UHGV virus genome: UHGV-0130218
DNA length: 19,889 bases
Strand: one strand, 5' to 3'
DNA from: a virus
A program made the translations under genes and the position numbers. The notes under the pieces were generated by a model. That model worked only from the letters and a program-made list of their open reading frames with translations. It did not search any database and had not been told where the DNA came from. Below, one piece after another: positions 7,080-15,070 of this stretch. Within the stretch, counting starts at the first letter, position 1. Each line of letters begins with the position of its first letter.

Positions 7080-7127
7080 GGTACACGTTTAATGGACCAC
7101 AGTATAGCGTGTACCTAAACGTGTACC
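7080..7127. promoter_or_regulatory. Cluster of three 8-mer repeats (CGTGTACC) upstream of int; candidate integrase/regulator binding sites
   Basis: GGTACACG at 7080-7087 (inverted) and CGTGTACC at 7108-7115 and 7120-7127, between the int start and the att core. Confidence 0.3.
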
Positions 7128-7171
7128 TATTTTCTCTGGATTTAACCGGATGTTCTCGGACAACGCCAGAC

Positions 7172-7210
7172 ACAAAAAAGCCCGCAGGGCTTGCGCCGTG
7201 CGGGCTTTCA
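7172..7210 (-). terminator. Intrinsic terminator downstream of the tmRNA 3' fragment (minus strand)
   Basis: Minus-strand reading: GCCCGCA-(12-nt loop)-TGCGGGC followed by TTTTTTGTG (plus coordinates 7205-7172). Confidence 0.5.
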
Positions 7211-7262
7211 GGACTTCATCGGATGACTCTGGTAATCACCGATGGAACATTTTGGTGGAGCT

Positions 7263-7300
7263 GGCGGGAGTTGAACCCGCATCCGTAACCAGCTATCTCA
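7263..7300 (-). other. ssrA: tmRNA (ssrA) 3'-terminal fragment serving as att core (not a complete gene)
   Basis: Reverse complement of 7263-7290 is GCGGGTTCAACTCCCGCCAGCTCCACCA, which matches the T-arm, acceptor 3' strand and CCA end of enterobacterial tmRNA. Sequence beyond 7300 is AT-rich coding DNA with no tag-peptide region. Confidence 0.7.
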
Positions 7301-7311
7301 TTGAAAAATAA

Positions 7312-8172
7312 TCAAATAAATTTGTTTTTCCATGTCTCGTATCTTTTACGTATCCTTTGAAGTAGTAATGCCGTCCAGCTAAGGCCGTGAGAGAATGTTA
7401 GATTAAAAGTTGCTTCCACTGTATCTCCACGTATTGAGAATCTATTTATCCGATATTCAGTAGAAAAAAACTCTTTTTTTGTTGTTCCAGAGATTTCTTC
7501 ATATTCAATTAATAAAACAGGCCCATCTATTTGAGTTAACATATTTTCATGGAGGCTGATTTTATCCAAGAGGTAGTTAGATAATAGTGTCGGTATTAAT
7601 GTGGGGATGTGAAGATTTACCTCTTCTTTGTTAACGCTCCAAGGGAGAATATAAACAACATCAGAATATTGTTCTTCATGAGAATACCATTTGGATTGAC
7701 CAAAACCTAATAATGAAATGTAAGTGTGACCTTGTTTGTCTAATTGATAACAGTATTCATTAGCCATCATGGCTGCTTTGTAACCTTTGGTGTCAAAGGT
7801 ATGTTCATCGTCTAGTTTTTTTATTTTATTTAACAAAAAATGTTTTTCGTAATTGAATATCCATTGGTATTTGAATTTCAACGCTGGGCCTAGACCAACA
7901 TTTAATATTGGCAGGGTGGGATTGTTGTTTTTTGATATAGCATCAAAAACACCTTTGTTTACTATTTTTGTTTTATCAATTTTTATTTTTACATCTTTAG
8001 TGATTATCTGTACTTTGTTTGATAACTTTCTTTGGATAACAGTTTGCCTTATAGCTAAATAAGCAGCAATTGCTGATAAAGCACTTGCTGTCAAACCACC
8101 ATATCCGAGCCATGCGGGGTCTGCCATATCGAAGTATTCCTGCCTTATAACAAGGCAGGAATTATTTCTCAA
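7312..8172 (-). CDS. Hypothetical membrane-anchored protein; AT-rich moron between the lambdoid int and the att core
   Basis: 286-codon ORF with a TTG start; a more likely ATG start at 8127 gives MADPAWLGYGGLTASALSAIAAYLAI, a predicted N-terminal transmembrane helix. The ~240-aa soluble domain has no motif I recognise. Strongly AT-rich compared with the neighbouring int. Confidence 0.6.
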   Translation of the reverse strand: MRNNSCLVIRQEYFDMADPAWLGYGGLTASALSAIAAYLAIRQTVIQRKLSNKVQIITKDVKIKIDKTKIVNKGVFDAISKNNNPTLPILNVGLGPALKFKYQWIFNYEKHFLLNKIKKLDDEHTFDTKGYKAAMMANEYCYQLDKQGHTYISLLGFGQSKWYSHEEQYSDVVYILPWSVNKEEVNLHIPTLIPTLLSNYLLDKISLHENMLTQIDGPVLLIEYEEISGTTKKEFFSTEYRINRFSIRGDTVEATFNLTFSHGLSWTALLLQRIRKRYETWKNKFI

Positions 8173-9344
8173 TTCTTCACATTGTTCAAGGATGTGATCG
8201 ATGAGTTGTTATCATAATCTTTCAAATAGCGTCCGTAATGACGAAAGAGCATCTCAGGTCCTTTGTGGCCCATCTGCGCAGCCAGCCAAAATAAGTTTAC
8301 ACCGCAGCTTATCATACGTGTGGCGAATGTATGCCTTGTCTGATAAGGATTACGGTACCTGATACCGGCTTTCCGGAGCGTAGGAACCCAGGCTTTTTTC
8401 CTAATGGCGTCCGCGCTGGCCCATGGCTTGTTTGTCTTCGGATCTTCAAAGACACAACCATTCTTCATGAAGCTAAAGGGCTTTTGTTCGTTTAGAGCAA
8501 TCATCGCTTCCTCGGTTAACTCAACCTTGCGTGTTCCTGCCTTCGTTTTCGTACCTTTCGTCACGCCAGAGACGCTGGCGCTCTGTACATGAGCCGTCTT
8601 CTCAACGAAGTCAATGTCCCTCCAGCGTAGTGCGCAAAGTTCCGAACTGCGTAGACCTGTCTGAAGCGCAAATCTGAATAAGTTCTCCCATTGCTTATTA
8701 CCCGCTGATTTTAACAGCGCGCTTACCTCTGCTGGAGATAGTGGATCAACAATATAAGTACTTTCCTCGTCACTTTTTTTGCTTTGATATCGTGAAGCTG
8801 TTACCTGTGACACTGGATTAATTTGTAAAACACCATCAGTTACAGCTTCATCAAGTGAGGAACGAAGAAACGACAACTGGTTACGTATCGTCTTCAATGT
8901 TGTTTTCTGATTCTGAATCCATGTTTTTAATGCTGCTGGCGTTAACTCACTGGCCGGGAAAATGTGAAGTTCAGACAGTGCGCTACGGCATTTTTTATAC
9001 CCGCCAATGGTGGAGGGGGAAAGATTCCTCGTTTCGCAAATCTTCAGGTACTCATCAAGATACATTTTCACTGTTTTCCCGGTCGCAGCATTACCGAAAA
9101 TTTTTAACCTCACCGAACGAGGGAAATATTCAGCATAGATAAATGTTCCACGCTCGATTTTGTTGTGGATTTCGCCGAGCATACGCTCGGCATATTTAAG
9201 GTTTTTGTTGTTCACTTCTAGATTTGAAAGGGGTTCTCTGCATTTCACCCCCTTGTATGTGAACGTAATATTGATGGTTTCACCACTGCTGTGCTTCCTG
9301 ATGGTTACACCACGTGGGAGTTTAGGCGATTCTTTCGTGCCCAT
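8169..9344 (-). CDS. int: Phage tyrosine integrase (lambdoid type)
   Basis: 391 aa. C-terminal catalytic region RNPYQTRHTFATRMISCGVNLFWLAAQMGHKGPEMLFRHYGRYL (R...H-x-x-R...Y). Its start overlaps the xis-like ORF. Confidence 0.9.
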   Translation of the reverse strand: MGTKESPKLPRGVTIRKHSSGETINITFTYKGVKCREPLSNLEVNNKNLKYAERMLGEIHNKIERGTFIYAEYFPRSVRLKIFGNAATGKTVKMYLDEYLKICETRNLSPSTIGGYKKCRSALSELHIFPASELTPAALKTWIQNQKTTLKTIRNQLSFLRSSLDEAVTDGVLQINPVSQVTASRYQSKKSDEESTYIVDPLSPAEVSALLKSAGNKQWENLFRFALQTGLRSSELCALRWRDIDFVEKTAHVQSASVSGVTKGTKTKAGTRKVELTEEAMIALNEQKPFSFMKNGCVFEDPKTNKPWASADAIRKKAWVPTLRKAGIRYRNPYQTRHTFATRMISCGVNLFWLAAQMGHKGPEMLFRHYGRYLKDYDNNSSITSLNNVKN

Positions 9345-9523
9345 TTTGCAACCTCACTAAGATCTATCCATCTCTCCTTAACGCCTTCAACCTTAAGCAC
9401 CTGCACCCCTTCACGCCAAACGCCGCGCTGTACACGCTTATTGATCGCATCTGGGGTTTCGCCAGTCTCTTTGCAATAAGTTGAGATGGGAACACAATCG
9501 AGGCTCAGCATATACTTCTCCAT
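9305..9523 (-). CDS. xis: Excisionase-like small DNA-binding protein
   Basis: 72 aa, basic. Overlaps the int start by 40 nt, the classic xis-int arrangement. Confidence 0.6.
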   Translation of the reverse strand: MEKYMLSLDCVPISTYCKETGETPDAINKRVQRGVWREGVQVLKVEGVKERWIDLSEVAKWARKNRLNSHVV

Positions 9524-9545
9524 TAACTCGGCTGCACCCGAGTAA

Positions 9546-10118
9546 TTAAAACTTGTCGCTGTTGGTAGGGATCAGTTTCTGCCAAATTGCTGACAAATAT
9601 TTTGCCTGGTGTCGCGCATCAGCTAGGGCATTGTGCACATCGCCAATAAAAGGCATGTCACGCTTCGGATCGAAACCGACACTGCGACCAAGCGTAACAA
9701 TAGTGCGCACATCGTGATCGTTCCAAAAGCCCCAAGGGCATATGCGGCCGGCGCGTTCGTAAGCTCCACGCAGAATCACATTGTCAAAGGTGGCACCGTT
9801 ACCCCAGACCTTCATGTATTTTGGATTATCTGCGTGCCGGTGAATGAAATGGCTCAGTTCCGACAGTGCATCAGTGATAGGCAGCGCATCATCAACACAA
9901 ATAGCTGAGCGCGCTTCCGAGCTTTGTTTGAGCCACCAAAGAATAGTATCTCCGTCCGGTACCGCACCCTGATCCATTGCGCTTTCAAGCGAGATGGCCG
10001 TATAGAATTCTTGACCAAGTTCACCTGTATGAGGGTTAAAAAAGACGGCACCAATTGACACGATCGGCGCGTTTGGCTTTTTTCCCATCGATTCGAGGTC
10101 AATCATTAAGTCGTTCAA
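9546..10118 (-). CDS. DnaQ-like (DEDDh) 3'-5' exonuclease
   Basis: 190 aa. N-terminal Exo I motif MIDLESMG, and a C-terminal His/Asp motif HNALADARHQ. Confidence 0.65.
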   Translation of the reverse strand: MNDLMIDLESMGKKPNAPIVSIGAVFFNPHTGELGQEFYTAISLESAMDQGAVPDGDTILWWLKQSSEARSAICVDDALPITDALSELSHFIHRHADNPKYMKVWGNGATFDNVILRGAYERAGRICPWGFWNDHDVRTIVTLGRSVGFDPKRDMPFIGDVHNALADARHQAKYLSAIWQKLIPTNSDKF

Positions 10119-10402
10119 TTGCTTTCTCCATTGTTCTTGGCTTCTGATTCACTGTGGGGGCTGTAGCGCGAGTCGGCGTTGTCGCTAACGTGGCAATAAT
10201 GAGCCCCGTCAGGACGAGTACAAATTGTCCCGCACCTATCACATGCCAATATTGCTTCCAGCTCCGCGATCCGCTCCTCTGCTTTTGACAACTGCTCGAG
10301 AAGTTCTTCTGCTAACGTCACACGCATCACGACTTTCTGACAGTCGTGGCGCTTGGCTCTGGCGATTGTGCCGCGCAGACTCGCATAATTGTTGGGGGTC
10401 AT
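10115..10402 (-). CDS. Hypothetical phage early protein (Cys-containing, coiled-coil)
   Basis: 95-aa ORF overlapping its downstream neighbour by 4 nt, indicating an operon. No assignable domain. Confidence 0.5.
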   Translation of the reverse strand: MTPNNYASLRGTIARAKRHDCQKVVMRVTLAEELLEQLSKAEERIAELEAILACDRCGTICTRPDGAHYCHVSDNADSRYSPHSESEAKNNGESN

Positions 10403-10596
10403 TGGACGGACTCCTGACGAAGATGGTTAATTTCGGCGTCAAGGCTCATTCGCTGGTCCATCGATTCCGTCAAGGCGGCAAATGTAACGTCCAGGCGAGT
10501 GGCTACCTCACGCATCAGAGAAGCTTCTGCTGGTGACAGTTTCTCCGCCGCAGCATGGGCTGCGGCTACCAGTTCTTTTATCTTCATGCGAGGCAT
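10399..10596 (-). CDS. Hypothetical small phage early protein
   Basis: 65-aa ORF in the same operon, overlapping both neighbours. Helical, charged. Confidence 0.45.
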   Translation of the reverse strand: MPRMKIKELVAAAHAAAEKLSPAEASLMREVATRLDVTFAALTESMDQRMSLDAEINHLRQESVQ

Positions 10597-11123
10597 GCGC
10601 GTGATTCCGTAAGCTCATTGAAACGGTTAATGAACAAGCCATATGCTTGGCCTGGACGAAGAGGGACGATCTGGATAATGTCGCTGGCCGGTATACCTTC
10701 AAGACAAGGCCAGAGTGAGCCGTCGTCGATATCCAGATCGCGGCGTTCAGTGGCAAGCATCACCAGATCGGCGTATTTCACTACCGCTGACATATCAGGG
10801 GTGATGCTGAATTTGGCCCGGATCAGCTGTTCTACCCGCTCTTCAATGCGACGATAATCTGGAAGCAATGCCTTTAGGGGGGCAGGTATGTCTTGGCAAT
10901 AGGCTTCAGCTGCATCATGCATCAGGGCTTCAAAGGCAAACTCTGGCGGCACAATTTGGCTGCACAGTACCGAGTGCTGGGCCACGCTGTAAAATTCCGG
11001 CAGATGACCACTGAAGCGGCAGATGTGGGAAAGTGCGGTCGCAATATCCTCGAGCTCTACATCGTCAGCGGTTGAATTAAGGTAATTGAATTTCTTACCT
11101 GAAAGTGTCTGGATATAACTCAT
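10584..11123 (-). CDS. HD-domain phosphohydrolase (YfdR-like prophage protein)
   Basis: 179 aa. HD signature ...SVAQHSVLCS...ALMHDAAEAY. Size and neighbourhood match the CPS-53 yfdP-yfdQ-yfdR arrangement. Confidence 0.75.
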   Translation of the reverse strand: MSYIQTLSGKKFNYLNSTADDVELEDIATALSHICRFSGHLPEFYSVAQHSVLCSQIVPPEFAFEALMHDAAEAYCQDIPAPLKALLPDYRRIEERVEQLIRAKFSITPDMSAVVKYADLVMLATERRDLDIDDGSLWPCLEGIPASDIIQIVPLRPGQAYGLFINRFNELTESRACLA

Positions 11124-11257
11124 CGTCTTTTCTTCTCCATATTTGGCAGCTGCACCTGCGCTAGTTTTGGTTGTACGAATCCCTCGCCTTTGGCGATTAA
11201 TAAAGGGAATTGCGCTTCAATAAATCCCCGCGGCGCCGGGGATTTAATGCAGAGAAA

Positions 11258-12088
11258 TTACGCTTTAAAGTTACCGATAAAGGTTTCTACTGGCTCGCCG
11301 TCGAATTTGCTGATTAGCAGATCTCGGAATTCATTGGCGATCGCTTCTTCCTGCGCTTCCAGCTGAACAATACGCAGAACAAAGCGTGGTTCGTCACCTG
11401 TGAGTAGACTATTGCGAAGGCTGAATGCTCGCTCACCAAGACCTTCATACGGCACGCATTTGAACTCGAACGCTACCGGCATTACATCTTTGCTGCTGGC
11501 CTCAACGCTCTGCATTAGTGATTTTTTCCCGCTGAAATCACCGTCTTCATGATCCTGCTGAGTCGCCTGCTGGATAGTGATGCGACGAACAGCCTGAGCA
11601 GCCTGTGAAATCTGCATGGTATTTCCTTCAGCATCAAAGGCCAGCAGGTAATCACTCCAGTCTTCCAGCCATTCGGCGATCTGCTTTTGCTTCAGTCGGT
11701 CACCGTTAATCGCCAGCAGCGCGCGGAAAGGTGCAGTCTGTTTCAGGGTGATTGCAGCAACGTTATCAGCATGGCCTGGGTTTTCCAGCGTGCCGATATT
11801 GAACACGGAGCGTGCTGTCATATTGTCCGCATCGATAAAGCAGCGAGCCGGCTCTTCGACACTGGCATACCCTTTAGAATAACGGGCGAAATCATTGATG
11901 CTGGTCGTGGTCATGGCGCCACGGAAGCGGAAGCGCTCCAGTGAAAAATTTTCCAGGCTCGCTACCTTTGTATTTTCCGGCAAAATAGCTGTTGGACAGG
12001 CGAGTCCGTTAATATCATTCAGGTGATAGCCGGAGAGAACCAGGTCTTTAACCTGTTTGATGGCGCTGCTGTCTAGTTGCTGAGACAT
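11258..12088 (-). CDS. YfdQ-like prophage protein (DUF2303-type)
   Basis: 276 aa. Called from size and position between the YfdP-like and YfdR-like genes. No catalytic motif recognised. Confidence 0.6.
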   Translation of the reverse strand: MSQQLDSSAIKQVKDLVLSGYHLNDINGLACPTAILPENTKVASLENFSLERFRFRGAMTTTSINDFARYSKGYASVEEPARCFIDADNMTARSVFNIGTLENPGHADNVAAITLKQTAPFRALLAINGDRLKQKQIAEWLEDWSDYLLAFDAEGNTMQISQAAQAVRRITIQQATQQDHEDGDFSGKKSLMQSVEASSKDVMPVAFEFKCVPYEGLGERAFSLRNSLLTGDEPRFVLRIVQLEAQEEAIANEFRDLLISKFDGEPVETFIGNFKA

Positions 12089-12144
12089 AAAAATTCCTTA
12101 TCTGCTAATGATCGAAGTGGTTGCAGTGAATTGGTTGAGGCGGT

Positions 12145-12516
12145 TCACTGAGCCGCTTTAAGCTTTCCGTCAACGCCGCCGTTGATGCCGAACAACTGTC
12201 CCTGATCTTCTTGGAGGATGGTCAGCTTGCCGCCTTTGTTAACCCACATTGGTGTTTCGGTGGTGTCTTCTTCGGAGGCTTTACCGCGCGGGGTAGGGGT
12301 TACGTAGTTCAGCTTGTGCTTGATCTTGACGCGCTTCTCTTCGACGGAGTTACCCATACGCTCAATATCAAAGGTGAGGACTACTTTGCCTTTGGTACCG
12401 TTGTTCAGAACGCCAAGCGCGGTAGTGTTTAAAGCTGCCGCGATCTTGTTCATGAACACGCCGGCATCCAGTTCGCCCAGGAAATCGGGCACTACGGTCA
12501 TGCGGTCATTACTCAT
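12145..12516 (-). CDS. YfdP-like prophage protein
   Basis: 123 aa, first sizeable ORF of the leftward early operon. Assignment is by synteny and size only. Confidence 0.5.
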   Translation of the reverse strand: MSNDRMTVVPDFLGELDAGVFMNKIAAALNTTALGVLNNGTKGKVVLTFDIERMGNSVEEKRVKIKHKLNYVTPTPRGKASEEDTTETPMWVNKGGKLTILQEDQGQLFGINGGVDGKLKAAQ

Positions 12517-13267
12517 GGTTTAACCCTCTGTGAGGCGGCTGCCACCGCCAGTGGAACTTCTCCATACACAACAGAAAAGGGCACCTGCGTAGCAGTGAAG
12601 ATTGCAGCCTCCATTTCTGCGCCCGGGTGGATTGGGGAATGAGCCCGTCGCCCGGTGATGCCCTTGTCTCTTGTGTAAAAAAGGTGCCCACCGATGTGAT
12701 GGGCAAAGACTACTCACAGCAATGATTTTGTTGTGGCGGTGGTGCCTCCACCTGCCGGACCGGCCAGAACCGGCGACGCTACACCTCAAGAAACGTATTC
12801 ATTTCAAATGTTGAAATAAAAACTTGTTGGCCTCGTCACGTGCGCAGAGCCGCATTACCACAACTGGAAGCGCACTCCGCCAGGTAACAAACCGATCCCC
12901 ATCAGTAAGAAGAGGAGTGCGCTTTCATGTTGTGTTGTGTTGGTCGGTGCTGATCTCCGGCTTTCGGGATGGTTTTGCCATTGCCCCGCGCGGGTTAATA
13001 GTCCGCTGCACATCAGCCTGTGCATTCACCACAACGGTGAGGGCACTGTTTATCTGCTTTACCGATTCGCGTCTCACGCAGTCCGATAATCAGCAATGCT
13101 CTCGCCTGTTGTGCCCTTAAAAAGCTGGCTGTCACCCTCAAGGGGAAAGTGAGCAGCCAGAACAGGGATCACTTCTTATTGCTTTGGCCTGCTTTTAACC
13201 ACATCAGGCGCGGTGGTTCTGCTTAACAACCGCGAAAGTAATAGTGGGTACCAATCGCGTGATTTAA

Positions 13268-13319
13268 ATGTACCTTTAGTTACTTTTTCGGTCAAGCGAG
13301 GAATGTACTTTTTGTTACC
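13268..13319. promoter_or_regulatory. OL-like operator region (two copies of the ATGTACYTTTWGTTAC motif)
   Basis: 13268-13283 atgtacctttagttac and 13303-13318 atgtactttttgttac, immediately 3' of the repressor gene. The same motif recurs at 14078-14093 in the cI-cro intergenic region. Confidence 0.45.
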
Positions 13320-13371
13320 ATGAGGGATAAAAAAAATGCCAGATGAGCATCCGGCATTAGAAATGAATAAC

Positions 13372-14031
13372 TTAAATATTCTGGGTTATCTGAACAACTT
13401 TACCGACAATCCGGCAATTTCCATCTATCGGTATAGGTTTGAAGGCAGGATTAAGCGGCATCAGATACGCGAAAGGGCTATCCCAGACGAGTTTTTTCAC
13501 TGTTGCTTCAGCAGAGCCATCAAGTATCGCCACGACTATTTTCCCGTAAAGGTCATCCAGTTGGCCATAGTGTGGTTCAACTATTACGATCGACCCTTCG
13601 GGTATGGATGGTAGACCATGTGGGTTAGTCATCGATTCCCCACGAACAACCAGGCCGAATACTTCATCAGAAACGTTTGCAGTGGTTTGCGTCCATGAAA
13701 TCACATCAGAAAGCCTTGAGCATGCGTAAGTATCAGTCCACGTCCCTGCCTGGACAGCAGAGATAATTGGAACTGCCTTAGGGGGCTTGAGAAAGGGGAT
13801 CACTTTGGTGTCATCCTGCGCTTCATCTCCTTTCCCGTAGAGAATCCATTCAGGCGTGGTTTGCAACGCCATCGCCAGCTGATGGAGGTTCTCACCATCA
13901 GGCTTCGTGTTACCGCTCTCCCATTTAGTAACGGACACGCGGCTAACACCTAGGCGTTTAGCTAGGGTCTGCTGCGTTATATCGAGCTGGACTCGACGGG
14001 ATCTTATTCGGTCTTTCATCTCTGTTTTCAT
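13372..14031 (-). CDS. cI: CI-type phage repressor (HTH plus S24 LexA-like peptidase domain)
   Basis: 219 aa. N-terminal HTH QQTLAKRLGVSRVSVTKWESG. C-terminal GESM (Ser nucleophile) and ATVKKL (Lys) motifs. Divergent from the cro-like gene. Confidence 0.85.
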   Translation of the reverse strand: MKTEMKDRIRSRRVQLDITQQTLAKRLGVSRVSVTKWESGNTKPDGENLHQLAMALQTTPEWILYGKGDEAQDDTKVIPFLKPPKAVPIISAVQAGTWTDTYACSRLSDVISWTQTTANVSDEVFGLVVRGESMTNPHGLPSIPEGSIVIVEPHYGQLDDLYGKIVVAILDGSAEATVKKLVWDSPFAYLMPLNPAFKPIPIDGNCRIVGKVVQITQNI

Positions 14032-14094
14032 GTAACCAATGTTACATTGATTCCTTGTAACTGTTGTTTGCTATTTGATGTACCTTTTGTTACC
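14032..14094. promoter_or_regulatory. OR-like operator region between cI and cro
   Basis: Inverted half-sites TGTAAC-N4-GTTACA at 14031-14046, gtaactgttg at 14055-14064, and atgtaccttttgttac at 14078-14093. RBS aggagg at 14113-14118 precedes cro. Confidence 0.45.
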
Positions 14095-14123
14095 TTTAAG
14101 GCGTGAGTTAACTAGGAGGAGCC

Positions 14124-14312
14124 ATGCGTAAATCACAAGTTATTGAGCACTTTGGCGGAGTATCAAAAACCGCCAGTGTTCTTGGGATCTCCCATCCGGC
14201 TGTTTGCCGATGGGGAGAGGTTATTCCTCAGAAGCAAGCGTTCGTTATCGAACGAATTACTGAAGGCAAGCTTAAGTACGACGCCAGCCTTTATCAGAAG
14301 CCTACAGATTAG
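14124..14312 (+). CDS. cro: Cro-type small HTH repressor
   Basis: 62 aa. VIEHFGGVSKTASVLGISHPAVCRWGEVIPQKQAFVIERITEGKLKY resembles P22-type Cro as I recall it. Divergent from cI, with a strong RBS. Confidence 0.8.
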   Translation: MRKSQVIEHFGGVSKTASVLGISHPAVCRWGEVIPQKQAFVIERITEGKLKYDASLYQKPTD

Positions 14313-14349
14313 GCATCTGGGAAGAAACCACAGATATAAGGGGTTAGCC

Positions 14350-14898
14350 GTGGGTATAGAACCTGAATGGAAAGTAGATAAGCAGCCAGCCTGGCTGGTG
14401 GCCGCAATCAAAAAAACGATAACCGAGCTTCCTGGCGGGTATTCCGAAGCAGCTGAGTGGTTGGGTGTGACCGAGAACGCGCTGTTTAACCGGCTGCGTA
14501 CCGATGGTGATCAGATCTTCCCGCTCGGTTGGGCGATGGTGCTTCAGCGTGCTGGTGGTTCAAACCACATAGCGAACGCTATTGCACGTCACTCGAACGG
14601 TGTGTTTGTGCCATTGGCTGATGTTGAAAAGATTGAGAACGGCGATATCAACCAGCGTCTCATGGAGTCAGTTGAGTGGATCGGCAGGCATTCGCAATAC
14701 GTTCGTAAAGCTACCGCTGACGGCGTTATTGATGCTCAGGAACGCGCCCAGATCGAAGAGAACAGCTATCAGGTGATGGCTAAGTGGCAGGAACATTTGA
14801 CGCTGCTTTTCCGTGTGTTTTGCGCGCCGGAAAAGAGTGACGCCCGCGAGTGTGCAGCTCCGGGCGTCGTGGCAGACAAATCTTGTATGGAGAAGTAA
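14350..14898 (+). CDS. CII-like / YdaT-like regulatory protein (start probably GTG at 14350, not the longer 14143 frame)
   Basis: The long ORF-track frame from 14143 would overlap cro. GTG at 14350 is preceded by aagggg 8 nt upstream. Position after cro and size (~183 aa) fit CII-like regulators of lambdoid prophages. Family call is tentative. Confidence 0.5.
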   Translation: MGIEPEWKVDKQPAWLVAAIKKTITELPGGYSEAAEWLGVTENALFNRLRTDGDQIFPLGWAMVLQRAGGSNHIANAIARHSNGVFVPLADVEKIENGDINQRLMESVEWIGRHSQYVRKATADGVIDAQERAQIEENSYQVMAKWQEHLTLLFRVFCAPEKSDARECAAPGVVADKSCMEK

Positions 14899-15070
14899 TC
14901 CGCATGACCAGTTTAACGGCTTTTAACCGTTTACCGCAACTCAGGATGATCCCGGTACCGGGCGCTCCGTTGTTTCGGTATGAACGCAGAATAGCAAACC
15001 GCTGGGTGCCATGTAACCACAGTCGGGCGGTCGCAATTGTGGGGGTTTACTACAGGAAGGCGAAACGCTT

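Noticed and set aside
7263-7620. Complete tmRNA (ssrA) gene
   Set aside because: Only the 3'-terminal ~30-38 nt match tmRNA. The sequence where the rest of a ~360-nt gene would lie is AT-rich protein-coding DNA (7312-8172) with no tag-peptide reading frame.
9633-10102. ORFs 9633-9908 (+) and 9854-10102 (-)
   Set aside because: They overlap the DEDDh exonuclease gene, which has clear catalytic motifs.
12509-12789. Minus-strand ORFs of 65 and 89 aa downstream of OL
   Set aside because: Arg/His/Gly-rich low-complexity translations with no RBS context and mutually overlapping; not convincing as genes, although an N-like antiterminator was specifically looked for.
14143-14349. Long N-terminal extension of the CII-like ORF from 14143
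   Set aside because: It would overlap the whole cro gene in another frame. An internal GTG at 14350 with an RBS gives a conventional gene.
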